64,000 nucleotides of DNA from positions 288,001 to 352,000 of the forward strand of contig OZ245366.1 of NCBI GenBank assembly GCA_965226585.1, read 5' to 3'. This stretch comes from Thermodesulfobacteriota bacterium. GTDB taxonomy: Bacteria; Desulfobacterota_D; UBA1144; Nemesobacterales; Mycalebacteriaceae. This document shows, piece after piece, positions 45,614 to 55,362 of this stretch (positions are counted from its first letter, which is position 1; every line of letters begins with the position of its first letter). Under the pieces are notes generated by a model. That model saw nothing but the letters and a program-made list of their open reading frames with translations. It ran no database searches and was not told the DNA's origin. The translations under genes and the position numbers were made by a program.

Positions 45614-47072
45614 CAGAGCCCATCTGCCCGGACATCAGGTCGCCCAGTTTCGGCGCATCTCCCTCTCCGTGCGTGGAGTTGAACTCTTTCAGTATTTCTC
45701 TTTCGTTTTTCTTGTGCAGCATCACGGAGCTCAAACTGACCGAGCGTGCCTCATTGTCCACATTTTTCACAACGCCCTTAATCTCCATTCCCGCCTTGTA
45801 GTGTTCCGAGCCGTCAGAGTCCGCTATGTCTGAGAAGCGGATAAAACCCTCAATATCGTCATCAAGTTCAAGAATCAGACCGCCTCTTGACTCTTTTTTG
45901 ACCCTTCCGGTAACAACGGTTTCCCCCCTTTTAAGTTTTTTGACGGCGGTTTTCCAGGGGTCTTTCTGAAGCTGTTTGACCCCGAGAGACATCTTTTCCC
46001 TCGCAGGGTCGCATTTGAGCATCACGACCTCAATCTGCTCTCCCTTTTTGGAACCGTAAACCTCAAGCGGGTCGGGCGCTTCCTTCCAGCTTATGTTGTC
46101 GGGGTGGAGAAGCCCCACAACGTCGCGCGCGACCTCAACAAAAACTCCCGCCTTGTTCACGTTTTTTATCTTTCCCTTCAGGCGCGAGTTTTGCGGGGTT
46201 TTTTCCGCGAACTCCTGCCATGGTGTCGGCTGTGTCTGTTTGTAGCTCAACCCGATTCTGCCGCTTTCGCTGTCCAGATTGATAATTTTTACCTTTATCT
46301 CCTGCCCGGGTTTCAAAACATCTGCGGGTGTTTTCACTCTCCGCCATGCCACTTCGCTTATCGGCATGAACCCTTCCACAACGCCGCTGCCGTCCGTCAA
46401 ATCCACAAAAGCGCCCGAATCTATGGTGTTTGAAACAACGCCCTTTATCTCCATTCCCACATCCACGCTCTTTATGAACCCGGCAACCTGCTCCGCCTTG
46501 AGTTTTTCAAGAACCCGTTTTCTGGAAAGAACAACCCTTCTGCCGTCCAGCTCAATTATGAGGGCGTCAAAACTGCTTCCGATTATCTTGTCCGCATTTT
46601 GCCGCGCGTTTCTCATTTGAACCTCGGATGACGGCATAAACGCCTTGATTTCCGACCCTTCCGTTATGCACTCAACGCCGCCCTTTATTCTCTTTGCCGC
46701 CGTCACGCGCACGGTTTCGCCGCTTTCAAATATCTCTTTCAGCCGTTTTATGTTTTTGATGGCATCCGCTTCGGATTTGGAGATTCTCGGCAGTCCTCTG
46801 CCCGCGCTTTTTACCAGAACCTCAACCTTCTGCCCCTCAGACACTTCATATGCTCCCGTCTCGTCAAGAAACTCTTTCAGAGGAACAATTCCCTCAGACC
46901 TCAGGCCTATGTTCACGAAAACGTTTTCCTGCTCGACCCGCACAACGGTTCCGTCCACGACCTTGCCCACTATGTTTTCTTTGTCGTTCCGAAACCCGCT
47001 TTCGTCAAGAAGACGGGAAAAATCCTGGGAGTCGCCGCCCAGTTCAGTCGGCTTGTTTGCGAAATCACTCAT
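45597..47072 (-). CDS. rpsA: 30S ribosomal protein S1
   Basis: Tandem S1 domains (GAFVDL, SEVAW, LG.KQL..DPW); follows cmk. Confidence 0.9.
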   Translation of the reverse strand: MSDFANKPTELGGDSQDFSRLLDESGFRNDKENIVGKVVDGTVVRVEQENVFVNIGLRSEGIVPLKEFLDETGAYEVSEGQKVEVLVKSAGRGLPRISKSEADAIKNIKRLKEIFESGETVRVTAAKRIKGGVECITEGSEIKAFMPSSEVQMRNARQNADKIIGSSFDALIIELDGRRVVLSRKRVLEKLKAEQVAGFIKSVDVGMEIKGVVSNTIDSGAFVDLTDGSGVVEGFMPISEVAWRRVKTPADVLKPGQEIKVKIINLDSESGRIGLSYKQTQPTPWQEFAEKTPQNSRLKGKIKNVNKAGVFVEVARDVVGLLHPDNISWKEAPDPLEVYGSKKGEQIEVVMLKCDPAREKMSLGVKQLQKDPWKTAVKKLKRGETVVTGRVKKESRGGLILELDDDIEGFIRFSDIADSDGSEHYKAGMEIKGVVKNVDNEARSVSLSSVMLHKKNEREILKEFNSTHGEGDAPKLGDLMSGQMGSDENDK

Positions 47073-47734
47073 GCAACACGGTTGAGAATTATCTCAACAA
47101 CCTCATCCACACCCAAACGGGTTGTGTCTATTATCACAGCATCATCCGCAGGTTTCAAGGGCGACAGCTTTCTGCGGGCGTCTCTTTCGTCTCTCACGCA
47201 CATCTCCTCAACGGTGTCTTCAAAGGTCTGTGAGCCGCCGGATTCTTTGATTTCCGAGTTTCTTCTCCGCGCCCTTTCTTCGGGGTTTGCGGTTAGAAAG
47301 AACTTGTAATCGGCGTCATAAAAAACCCTTGTTCCCATGTCCCTTCCTTCCGCCACTATGCTCGTGTTCCGCCCGTGGGCGCGCTGGATGCGCCCGAGCA
47401 CGTCTCTCACGCTTCCTATTTCAGAAAATCTGGACGCGCTTTCAGATATTTCCGGAGTCCTTATCATCCCGCTCACGTCCCGCCCGTTCAGCATCACCGA
47501 ATAGCCGCCGGGATTGTTCAGAAATGATATTTCCGCATCTTTCAGCAGGGCGTCCACTTTTTCCCCGTCTTCAGGGCTGACGCCTCTGCCGTCCGCAAAC
47601 AGCGCGAAAGCCCTGTATGTCGCGCCCGTGTCCAGATAGTCCGCCCCGAGGCGGCGCGCCACCTCTCTTGCGACCGTTCCCTTGCCCGAAGCACTTGGGC
47701 CGTCAATTGCTATGACTTTTCTTTCTCCGTTCAT
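47069..47734 (-). CDS. cmk: Cytidylate kinase
   Basis: IAIDGPSASGKGT, LDTGA.YR, EGRDMGT, RDERD. Confidence 0.96.
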   Translation of the reverse strand: MNGERKVIAIDGPSASGKGTVAREVARRLGADYLDTGATYRAFALFADGRGVSPEDGEKVDALLKDAEISFLNNPGGYSVMLNGRDVSGMIRTPEISESASRFSEIGSVRDVLGRIQRAHGRNTSIVAEGRDMGTRVFYDADYKFFLTANPEERARRRNSEIKESGGSQTFEDTVEEMCVRDERDARRKLSPLKPADDAVIIDTTRLGVDEVVEIILNRVA

Positions 47735-49026
47735 TTTCCGCTCCTCAGCTTTTCAAGAAACTCAAAAAATCCCCTGAACGAAACCGCCGCGCAATCCGCG
47801 CCCTCAATCGCGCTGTTTCCCTCAGCGCCGCTTGCCGCCACCGCAAGCGCCATCGCGACCCTGTGGTCTCCCGCGCTTGAGCAGACACCCGCTTTCAAAG
47901 CGCAGCCGTCAATTCTCATTCCGTCTTCAAAATCCTCAACCTTCGCCCCGAGGTTTCTCAAACCCTGTGTCATCGCCTCTATTCTGTCGCTCTCTTTCAC
48001 CCTCAACTCCGCCGCCCCCGATATTTTTGTGGTTCCCCGCGCGAAGCAAGCGACCGCCGCCACTGCGGGCAGTTCGTCTATCGCCCTCGCTATGACGCCG
48101 CCGGTTATCTCAATCCCCTCAAGTTTGCCCGCGCCGCTCGCCGCTATGTCTGCCACCCGCTCCCCGCCGGAATCCCTTTCGTTCAAAAGCCGTATGTCCG
48201 CGCCCATTTGTTTCAAAATTTCAATTCCCCCCGTCCGCTCGGGGTTCACGCCCACGTTTTCTATGACGACTTCCGAGCCCGGATTCACAGCCGCCGCCGC
48301 CACCGGAAAAATGGCGGATGATATGTCTGCGGGCACATCCACTTCCGCTCCGGCGAGGTCTTTCAGCGAGCCGCCTTCAAGCGTTACCTCTTTTCCCGCG
48401 CTTTCCACCCGCGCTCCGAAACGCCTCAACATTATCTCCGTGTGGTCTCTTGTTTTGACCGGCTCCACCACTTGCGTCTGTTCGTCCGCGAAAAGCCCGG
48501 CAAGCAAAATCGCGGATTTTACCTGCGCGCTTGCCACGGGTGTTTCGTACCGTATCGCGGAAACCTCGCCGCCATCAATCAGCACCGGAAGCCGTCCGCC
48601 GTCAGCGGATATGCGCGCGCCCATAAGAGAGAGCGGTTTTATCACCCGCTCCATTGGTCTTTTTACGAGGTAGCGGTCTCCGGTCAGAGCGGATTTGAAC
48701 GGCTGGGCGCAGAGAATGCCTGTGAGAAGCCGCGCCGTTGTTCCGGAGTTTCCGCAGTCAACAACACCTGACGGAGGAGACAGTTTTTCCGCTCTCGCCG
48801 TTGTTTTTCCCGCGGAAGTTTCTATGCTCGCCCCCAGAAGCCTTAAAGCGTTTTTTGTGGAGCGAACGTCTTCGCTGTCAAGAAGGTTTGAGATATCCGC
48901 CCCTTCTTTTGAGAGGCATCCGATTATGAGAGCCCTGTGAGATATGGATTTGTCGCCCGGAACCGTAACGCACCCCCGCGCCGGGCGTCCTTTGCCTGCA
49001 AGGGTGATGGTTGTTTGAGATGACAC
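47731..49026 (-). CDS. aroA: EPSP synthase
   Basis: PGDKSISHR, GNSGT, SAQVKS, RDHTE, RVKESDR, DHR. Confidence 0.97.
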   Translation of the reverse strand: MSSQTTITLAGKGRPARGCVTVPGDKSISHRALIIGCLSKEGADISNLLDSEDVRSTKNALRLLGASIETSAGKTTARAEKLSPPSGVVDCGNSGTTARLLTGILCAQPFKSALTGDRYLVKRPMERVIKPLSLMGARISADGGRLPVLIDGGEVSAIRYETPVASAQVKSAILLAGLFADEQTQVVEPVKTRDHTEIMLRRFGARVESAGKEVTLEGGSLKDLAGAEVDVPADISSAIFPVAAAAVNPGSEVVIENVGVNPERTGGIEILKQMGADIRLLNERDSGGERVADIAASGAGKLEGIEITGGVIARAIDELPAVAAVACFARGTTKISGAAELRVKESDRIEAMTQGLRNLGAKVEDFEDGMRIDGCALKAGVCSSAGDHRVAMALAVAASGAEGNSAIEGADCAAVSFRGFFEFLEKLRSGK

Positions 49027-49043
49027 TTTCTTCCGGCGCGCGC

Positions 49044-49475
49044 CTAAGGGGTGATTATCGTTCCCCCGCTTTTCTCTCCTTCCCCGCCCCCTGGAGCCTG
49101 CTTTTTGGCGCGGGATTCAATCAGGGAGAGAAGACGCTCCTTGAAGTTCTCCTCGTAGTCGCAGATAGACGGCACTATGTATCCCATAAGGGCTATCTGC
49201 AGAAGGTATTCGGTGTTGGCAATTATCTGCTCCTGCTGAGCCTTTTCCCCGTACTGTTTTGAAAGCCCCGTGAATATGTGCTGTCCCAACTCGCTGAGAA
49301 TCTGCGCTATGCTCTTTGTTCCCTTCGCCTGCTGATTGGCGGAAACGCCGAGGTTAAAAGCCATGGTTATTGATGCGGCAAGGTCGTTTTCCATTCCGCC
49401 TTCAGGTGTTTTTGCGTCTGCGCCGTTCTCTGCGCCATCCGGTGCGGGGGGTTCTCTTTTTTCAGAATCACTCAT
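49044..49475 (-). CDS. Hypothetical helical protein
   Basis: 143-aa ORF co-oriented and 17 nt upstream of aroA; ends in a GTIITP tail. Confidence 0.7.
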   Translation of the reverse strand: MSDSEKREPPAPDGAENGADAKTPEGGMENDLAASITMAFNLGVSANQQAKGTKSIAQILSELGQHIFTGLSKQYGEKAQQEQIIANTEYLLQIALMGYIVPSICDYEENFKERLLSLIESRAKKQAPGGGEGEKSGGTIITP

Positions 49476-49535
49476 TTGCGGTTATCCTAACACGGAGGCT
49501 CAGTCCTGTAAATTGCGGCTGAGGCGCGTGCCCGT

Positions 49536-50033
49536 TTGAATTCCTCTCAACTTATCAAAAAACTCGGTCTGAAACCGCTTGAGCCCGAAGGCGGACTTTA
49601 CAGGGAAACCTACGTGAGTTCCGAAACTTTTCCGCCCGGCAGTCTTCCCGGCCGCTACGGGGGAGACAGGAAATTTTCTTCGGCAATCTACTACCTTCTT
49701 GAAAAGGGCGGCGTTTCGGCAATGCACCGGCTTGTGTCGGATGAGGTTTATCACTTTTACTCAGGCGACCCCGTTCAGCTTCTCACTTTGTCTTCCTCAG
49801 GGGCGGGGCTGATATTTCTCGGAACCGACATAATGTCGGGTCAGCATCCTCAGGTGGTGGTTCCGGCGGGAGTGTGGCAGGGGATGAAACTGGTGGACGG
49901 CGGCGAGTTCGCCCTTATGGGAACAACCGTGTCTCCCGCTTACACGCAAGAGGATTTTGAAGCGGGAGACACGGAGGAGTTGTCAAAACAGTTTCCGTCC
50001 CACGCCGAACTTATCAAAACGCTTTCACGCTAA
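49536..50033 (+). CDS. Cupin, DUF985 family
   Basis: PEGGLYRET, SAIYYLL, HRL.SDEVYHFY.G, PQ.VVP.G.WQ, TVSP. Confidence 0.92.
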   Translation: MNSSQLIKKLGLKPLEPEGGLYRETYVSSETFPPGSLPGRYGGDRKFSSAIYYLLEKGGVSAMHRLVSDEVYHFYSGDPVQLLTLSSSGAGLIFLGTDIMSGQHPQVVVPAGVWQGMKLVDGGEFALMGTTVSPAYTQEDFEAGDTEELSKQFPSHAELIKTLSR

Positions 50034-50115
50034 CGCCCGTTTTTTGACAACGCGGATTTTTGAAGTTAGAAGTTAGGCATTCCCGCCGCCGGCGGGAAGA
50101 GGTGGGTTTTTTGCG

Positions 50116-51468
50116 ATGAGTGATTCCAAGGTTCCAACGAGCGCGGATTCGGAGAGAGCCGTTCTGGGAGCGGTAATAATTGACAATTCGTGCATAAACG
50201 AAGTCCTCTCCATACTGAAGCCGGACGACTTCTACTTCAGAGATAACAAAACGATTTTTGAAACCATGGTTGCCATGGACAAAGAGGAAAAGCCGATAGA
50301 CGTGCTTACTCTTTCCGAGCAGATAAACATGGCGGGACAGAACTCTCTCGCTGAAGTGGGCGGAAGCCACTACATCACTTCTCTCGCGGAATTGGTTACC
50401 ACCTCTTCAAACGTGGCGCAATACGCGCGCTACGTGAAAGACACCGCCGCTTTGAGGCAGATAATTGATACGGGGGGTGAAATAGTTCGCGGCGGTAGTG
50501 AGGGAATGAGCCCTGAAGACCTTCTGGAACGCTCCGAGGAAAACCTCATGAAGATAGCCGGGGAGAGGGCGAAATCCGCTTTTGCCCATCCACACAAACT
50601 TGCCGCGCAGACCCTCAAGCACATAGAAGAGGCGCAGAAGAAAAAACAGGCGATTACCGGGCTTTCAACCGGCTTCAGAAGAATAGACGAACTCACCTCC
50701 GGCCTACAGCCTGGAGACCTCATAGTTGTGGCGGCGCGTCCCAGTCTCGGAAAAACATCTTTCAGTCTTAACATAGCCGAGCACGCAGGCGCGGTGGGCG
50801 GAAAAACCGTGGCGATTTTTTCCCTTGAGATGACGGAAATGGTGCTTGCGCTGAGATTGTTCTCGATGATGTCTGAGGTCAGTTTTTCAGACATCAGGGG
50901 CGGACACATGAAAGACAGGGATGTTTCCAGGATAGAGAAGGCATCGGAAAGTTTCGGAAACTCCCGCATTCTGATAGATGACGGCGCGGGGCAAACGGCT
51001 CTTGAAATTCGCGCGAAATGCAGACGGCTTAAAAAAGACAAAGGGCTTGACCTTGTCATTGTTGACTACCTTCAGCTTATGAGGGGAGACCAGAGGGAGC
51101 AGAACAGGGAGAGGGAGATTGCGAGTATATCGTCATCTCTCAAGGCGCTTGCCAAAGAATTGAATGTGCCCGTGATAGCGGTTTCCCAGCTCAGCCGCCA
51201 GACCGAAGTCCGCACCGACCGCCGCCCTCAGCTTTCGGATTTGAGAGAGAGCGGAGCGATAGAGCAGGACGCCGATGTGGTTATGTTCATACACCGTCCC
51301 GATTTCTACAAAAAAGATGACGAGCAAAGAGACGGCGTGGCGGAGGTGATTATCGGAAAGCAGAGAAACGGACCCCTCGGGGTTGCCAAACTGTCATTTC
51401 TTGAAAGCAAGGGAGTGCCGGGATTTGCCGAGTATTCCGATGAGTATGAAGATATTTACGGCGGTTAA
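50116..51468 (+). CDS. dnaB: Replicative DNA helicase
   Basis: AARPSLGKT, FSLEM, VDYLQL, SQLSR, DLRESGAIEQDAD, KQRNGP. Confidence 0.98.
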   Translation: MSDSKVPTSADSERAVLGAVIIDNSCINEVLSILKPDDFYFRDNKTIFETMVAMDKEEKPIDVLTLSEQINMAGQNSLAEVGGSHYITSLAELVTTSSNVAQYARYVKDTAALRQIIDTGGEIVRGGSEGMSPEDLLERSEENLMKIAGERAKSAFAHPHKLAAQTLKHIEEAQKKKQAITGLSTGFRRIDELTSGLQPGDLIVVAARPSLGKTSFSLNIAEHAGAVGGKTVAIFSLEMTEMVLALRLFSMMSEVSFSDIRGGHMKDRDVSRIEKASESFGNSRILIDDGAGQTALEIRAKCRRLKKDKGLDLVIVDYLQLMRGDQREQNREREIASISSSLKALAKELNVPVIAVSQLSRQTEVRTDRRPQLSDLRESGAIEQDADVVMFIHRPDFYKKDDEQRDGVAEVIIGKQRNGPLGVAKLSFLESKGVPGFAEYSDEYEDIYGG

Positions 51469-51477
51469 GCGCGGCGA

Positions 51478-52116
51478 CTACACAAGCAAAGGTTTTATCT
51501 TTCTCTCTTCCGCCGTTTCCGCCGCGTGAAGTTCGCCGTCTTTCTGCCACAGAGCGAACCGGTCAAATATTTTTTTCATTTTTTTCTGCGTTGATGCCCA
51601 TCCGAAACTCCACTCGTCATCTTTCCAGCCGTCCTCAAAAAAGGTTTTGAGAAAAAACTCTCTTTCCCTTCTGAGCCCTTTTTCCGCCAACCAGCCCGTG
51701 CGGGCAACGGCGTATCCGCAGGCAAATCCCATCGCCATAGTGCCTCTGAGACCCAAAGCCACCGCCGCGGTGGAAACAATCTCAATGTGGCAGTAGAGAG
51801 CCTGCTGAGTGCGGTATTTTTTCTCAGGCATAAGCGCGTCCATCGCCAGCAGGTTTTTCACAAAATACATCGGGTAGTAGGTTGGGCTGTTGACGTCAAC
51901 CGACTTTGTGGCGCACAGAAGCGGCTTTTTTGCTATCACGTCCTCATCAATTACGCCCACCATAAAACTGCGCCGGTCAAACTCCCCTGCGTCTCCGCAC
52001 AGCCGCAAACTGAGGCGGACTTTTTCCCACTCCCTAGCGGCTATCTCCATCGCAGATTCTATGCGCCCGTGTCCGGGGGCTTCCACAAGACCGTCAAGAT
52101 TAGTTCCCGCGCTCAC
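51478..52116 (-). CDS. Hypothetical protein
   Basis: 212-aa ORF with a GTGA overlap onto the upstream gene. Confidence 0.7.
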   Translation of the reverse strand: MSAGTNLDGLVEAPGHGRIESAMEIAAREWEKVRLSLRLCGDAGEFDRRSFMVGVIDEDVIAKKPLLCATKSVDVNSPTYYPMYFVKNLLAMDALMPEKKYRTQQALYCHIEIVSTAAVALGLRGTMAMGFACGYAVARTGWLAEKGLRREREFFLKTFFEDGWKDDEWSFGWASTQKKMKKIFDRFALWQKDGELHAAETAEERKIKPLLV

Positions 52117-53444
52117 TCCGGCATCTCCACAAGCACAATTCCAATGTCCATAACATTTGTTCCGGTGGATCCGGTTTTAATCAGATCGTCCAGAGATTCG
52201 AAAAAAGTGTAAGAGTCGTTTTCCATCAGGTGGTTGCGTGCGCTTATGTCTCTCTTGCGCGCCAGCAGACGCGAAGCACCGTCGCATATCGCTCCCGCCG
52301 CGTCCGTGGGTCCGTCTATTCCGTCCGTTCCGGCAAACAAGCCCACTATGTTTTCGTGCCCGGCAACTTCCATACAAAATGACAGTGCGGTTTCCGTGTT
52401 CCTTCCGCCTCTTCCGCCGCGCTTCACGTTCACGGTTGTTTCGCCGCCGAAGATAACGCACGCAGGCGTCTCAAGCGGTTTTCCGAACCGCTCAACATCA
52501 AGCGCGATTGCCGCAACACATTTCGCCACCTCTTTTGCCTCCCCCCTTATCTGCGATGACAGCACAAGGGTTGAGTATCCGAGGGCGCGCGCCTTTTCCT
52601 CAGCGGCGGAAACGCATTTGCTGTTGTTGCCAACCACTTCGGTTCGCACTTTCGCGCCGGGCGGAACGGTTTTTTCAAGGTTCGTTTCGTCTCTCATACC
52701 CCTTTCAAGCTCAACAACAACGCGGGGCGGAATCTGATGCTCAACGCCCAGCGCCTCAACCACGCGCCACGCCTCTTTGAAGGTGGTTGTGTCTTCAACC
52801 GTGGGTCCCGAAGCTATCATTTCAAGGTTGTCTCCGACAACGTCTGAAAGGATTAACGTTACAACCTCTGACGGAAGCGCCTGCCGCAGAAGCCCGCCGC
52901 CCTTTATGCTGGACAGTTTTTTTCTGACTGTGTTCAGTCCGTAAGTGTCAACCCCGGAGATGAGGAGCTGTTCGGTAACTTTGCGCTTGTCTACAAGGGA
53001 AAGCCCTTCGCGGGGCTTGGCGAGCATTGAGCTTCCGCCGCCCGATATGAGAAACAGCACGAGGTCGTTTTTGCCGGTTTTCTCAAGCAGTTTCATAATT
53101 TCGTCCGCCGCGCGCGCGCTTTTTTCATCGGGAACCGGGTGGCTTGAAAGCATGAATTTCATTACGGCAAAGTCAGAGGCGGGAGCGGAGTTTGAAACCA
53201 CAATCCCGTCCGTGATTCTGTCGCCGAGCAGTTTTTCCGCCGCCGCCGCCATCGCCGGGGCGGCTTTTCCGAACGAGACCACATAGATGCCTTTGTATGA
53301 AGAAAGGTCGTAATTTTTTCCTTCCACTTTCAGGGTTTCGCCCTCAACTGATGCGTGCTCAAACACGCACCGCTCCGGATTGACCGCTTCAATTCCCGCG
53401 TCAAGAATCTCCATCGCGTGTTTTCTCAGGGTTTTGTTTGACAT
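52113..53444 (-). CDS. Glycerate 2-kinase (MOFRL / DUF4147 family)
   Basis: GKAA, HPVPD, LISGGGS, IKGG, SDVVGD, GGETTV, GGRN, TDGIDG, TGTNVMD. Confidence 0.93.
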   Translation of the reverse strand: MSNKTLRKHAMEILDAGIEAVNPERCVFEHASVEGETLKVEGKNYDLSSYKGIYVVSFGKAAPAMAAAAEKLLGDRITDGIVVSNSAPASDFAVMKFMLSSHPVPDEKSARAADEIMKLLEKTGKNDLVLFLISGGGSSMLAKPREGLSLVDKRKVTEQLLISGVDTYGLNTVRKKLSSIKGGGLLRQALPSEVVTLILSDVVGDNLEMIASGPTVEDTTTFKEAWRVVEALGVEHQIPPRVVVELERGMRDETNLEKTVPPGAKVRTEVVGNNSKCVSAAEEKARALGYSTLVLSSQIRGEAKEVAKCVAAIALDVERFGKPLETPACVIFGGETTVNVKRGGRGGRNTETALSFCMEVAGHENIVGLFAGTDGIDGPTDAAGAICDGASRLLARKRDISARNHLMENDSYTFFESLDDLIKTGSTGTNVMDIGIVLVEMPE

Positions 53445-53453
53445 TTTCCGCTT

Positions 53454-53927
53454 TTAAGATTTTTTCAACTCTTCCAGAATTTTGTCCACCGATTCGCGGG
53501 TCAGGTTTTCGTGAAGCGAGTTGTCCACAAGCATAACCGGCGCAGAGCCGCACGCCGCGAGGCATTCGGCTTCCATAACCGTTATCTTGCCGTCTCCGGT
53601 CGTTTCACCCTTTGAGATACCCAGTTTGCCGCAAATGTGCTCCTCAACTTCGTCCGCCCCTTTGAGAGCGCACGACAGCGTTCCGCAAACCCAGACCGTG
53701 TGTCTGCCAACCGGTTTTGTGAAGAACATGGTGTAGAAAGTTGCCACATTCCGGACGCTTGCCGGGGTTATGTCCAGAATCTCCGCAACCTCGCTCATGG
53801 ATTCTTCAGCCAGCCAGCCCAGTTTCTGCTGGACTTTCCACAGAGCCGGAATCAAAGCCGCGCGCGTGTTTTCCGCTTCGCTTTTAATGCGCTCTATTTC
53901 CGCTCTTGTGTCGTCAGGCAGTGGCAT
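53454..53927 (-). CDS. nuoE: NADH-quinone oxidoreductase subunit E
   Basis: VATFYTMF, CGTLSC, ECLAAC..AP, ENLT. Confidence 0.92.
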   Translation of the reverse strand: MPLPDDTRAEIERIKSEAENTRAALIPALWKVQQKLGWLAEESMSEVAEILDITPASVRNVATFYTMFFTKPVGRHTVWVCGTLSCALKGADEVEEHICGKLGISKGETTGDGKITVMEAECLAACGSAPVMLVDNSLHENLTRESVDKILEELKKS

Positions 53928-53938
53928 TTTGGTGAGCC

Positions 53939-54685
53939 TTACTTTACGTACTCAAACTGCGGGTATACAAAACTGCCCTTCATCCATACAGCCCATGTGG
54001 GGTCGGCAACCGGTTTGAGTTTGTTCAAGCGGTGACCGTCCGGAGCGGTGATTTCGATTTTCGCGTCTGTTATCGCTTTTGTGGAGCCGATGTATGGAAT
54101 GGCGTATTTTACAAGTTTTCCGCCCTTTTTTCCGAAGTAGTTCAGGTGCCCGCCTTCGCGGTTTTCAAGTTTTCTGCCGGTAACCTTCGCTTCGGCTTTT
54201 ATAAGAGTTTTGCCTCCCGCTTTCAGGCGCGCCTTCAGTTTGCCTTTTCTGACGCGCGCGGTGGTTTTTCCCTTCTCCGCCGGAATTCCGGCGCCACGGG
54301 CGAACTTTCTCATCTTCTCCGAACTGTTGAAGTAGAAAACAAAATACCTGCCGGGATAGCCGTTTTTACTGTCCATCACGTAAGAGTCGCGCCCTTTCAG
54401 CTCAACCGTCAAATACGTTAGGGTATACGCTCCAAATCCCGAAGTCTGAGTGTCTTTCGGAACCGTGTACATGTTGATAACCACATGCCCGGTGGGTTCA
54501 AGCCCTTTCGGCAGCATCTTTTTCAGTTCTTTCTCATCCGCCTTGTAAGCCGCCATGAACATCCACGCGTCCTCAACAAGTTGAGGGGCGGGAAGCGGGT
54601 CGGGCGTTTTCGCGGCTCCGGCAACAGAAACCGGAATAACGACCGCAAGCAAAACGGCGGCAACAATCTTTTTCAGTTTTCTCAT
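53939..54685 (-). CDS. Exported Adc-superfamily-like protein lacking the PKK motif
   Basis: Signal peptide; Y.AD...L..MLP.GLEP, GFGAY, GIPAEKG; ATG 54685 behind AAGGAGG. Confidence 0.6.
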   Translation of the reverse strand: MRKLKKIVAAVLLAVVIPVSVAGAAKTPDPLPAPQLVEDAWMFMAAYKADEKELKKMLPKGLEPTGHVVINMYTVPKDTQTSGFGAYTLTYLTVELKGRDSYVMDSKNGYPGRYFVFYFNSSEKMRKFARGAGIPAEKGKTTARVRKGKLKARLKAGGKTLIKAEAKVTGRKLENREGGHLNYFGKKGGKLVKYAIPYIGSTKAITDAKIEITAPDGHRLNKLKPVADPTWAVWMKGSFVYPQFEYVK

Positions 54686-54798
54686 AACAAAACCTCCTTT
54701 GTCGTACACGGATTTTTTAACAGATAAGCAAGCCAACCGCAAACGGACGGCGGCGGATGCGGTTTGAATTGACCCCCGCGCTGGGCTATGCTTCTGCG

Positions 54799-55362
54799 GT
54801 GGCAAAGAGGCGTATAACAAGGGTTTACACAAAGACCGGCGACGGCGGGCAAACCTCGCTTGTGGGCGGCTCAAGGGTTGACAAAGACTCCGCCAGAGTG
54901 TCTGCGTACGGAGATGTGGACGAGTTGAACTCGGCTCTTGGTGTCGCTCGCGCGTTCTGCAATGGCGGCGAACTTGAGTCCATAATTCTGGAAATTCAGA
55001 ACGACCTTTTCATTCTCGGCTCAGACCTTGCCAGCCCCGCCGGGGTTGACTCTCCCAGAATTGACGAGTCTCGCGCCGAGAAGCTGGAGGCGTGGATAGA
55101 CCGCCACCTTGAGCAGATGGAGACGCTAAAAGAGTTCATACTTCCCGCCGGAAAACCCGCCGGGGCGTTTTTCCACCTTTCGCGCTCAATATGCCGCAGG
55201 GCGGAGAGAAGCGCGGTCGCCCTGATGAAAAAAGAGAAAACCTCACAGGCGGCGGCAATTTATCTCAACCGCCTTTCCGACCTTCTTTTTGTTCTCGCCC
55301 GCGCGGCAAACATCCGGGACGGTTTTGCCGAGGTTCCGGTTGACTTCGGTGGCAAACCTTGA
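54799..55362 (+). CDS. PduO-type cob(I)alamin adenosyltransferase
   Basis: YTKTGDGG.T.L, RV.AYGDVDELNS, EFILP, CRRAER, YLNRLSDLLF. Confidence 0.95.
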   Translation: MAKRRITRVYTKTGDGGQTSLVGGSRVDKDSARVSAYGDVDELNSALGVARAFCNGGELESIILEIQNDLFILGSDLASPAGVDSPRIDESRAEKLEAWIDRHLEQMETLKEFILPAGKPAGAFFHLSRSICRRAERSAVALMKKEKTSQAAAIYLNRLSDLLFVLARAANIRDGFAEVPVDFGGKP

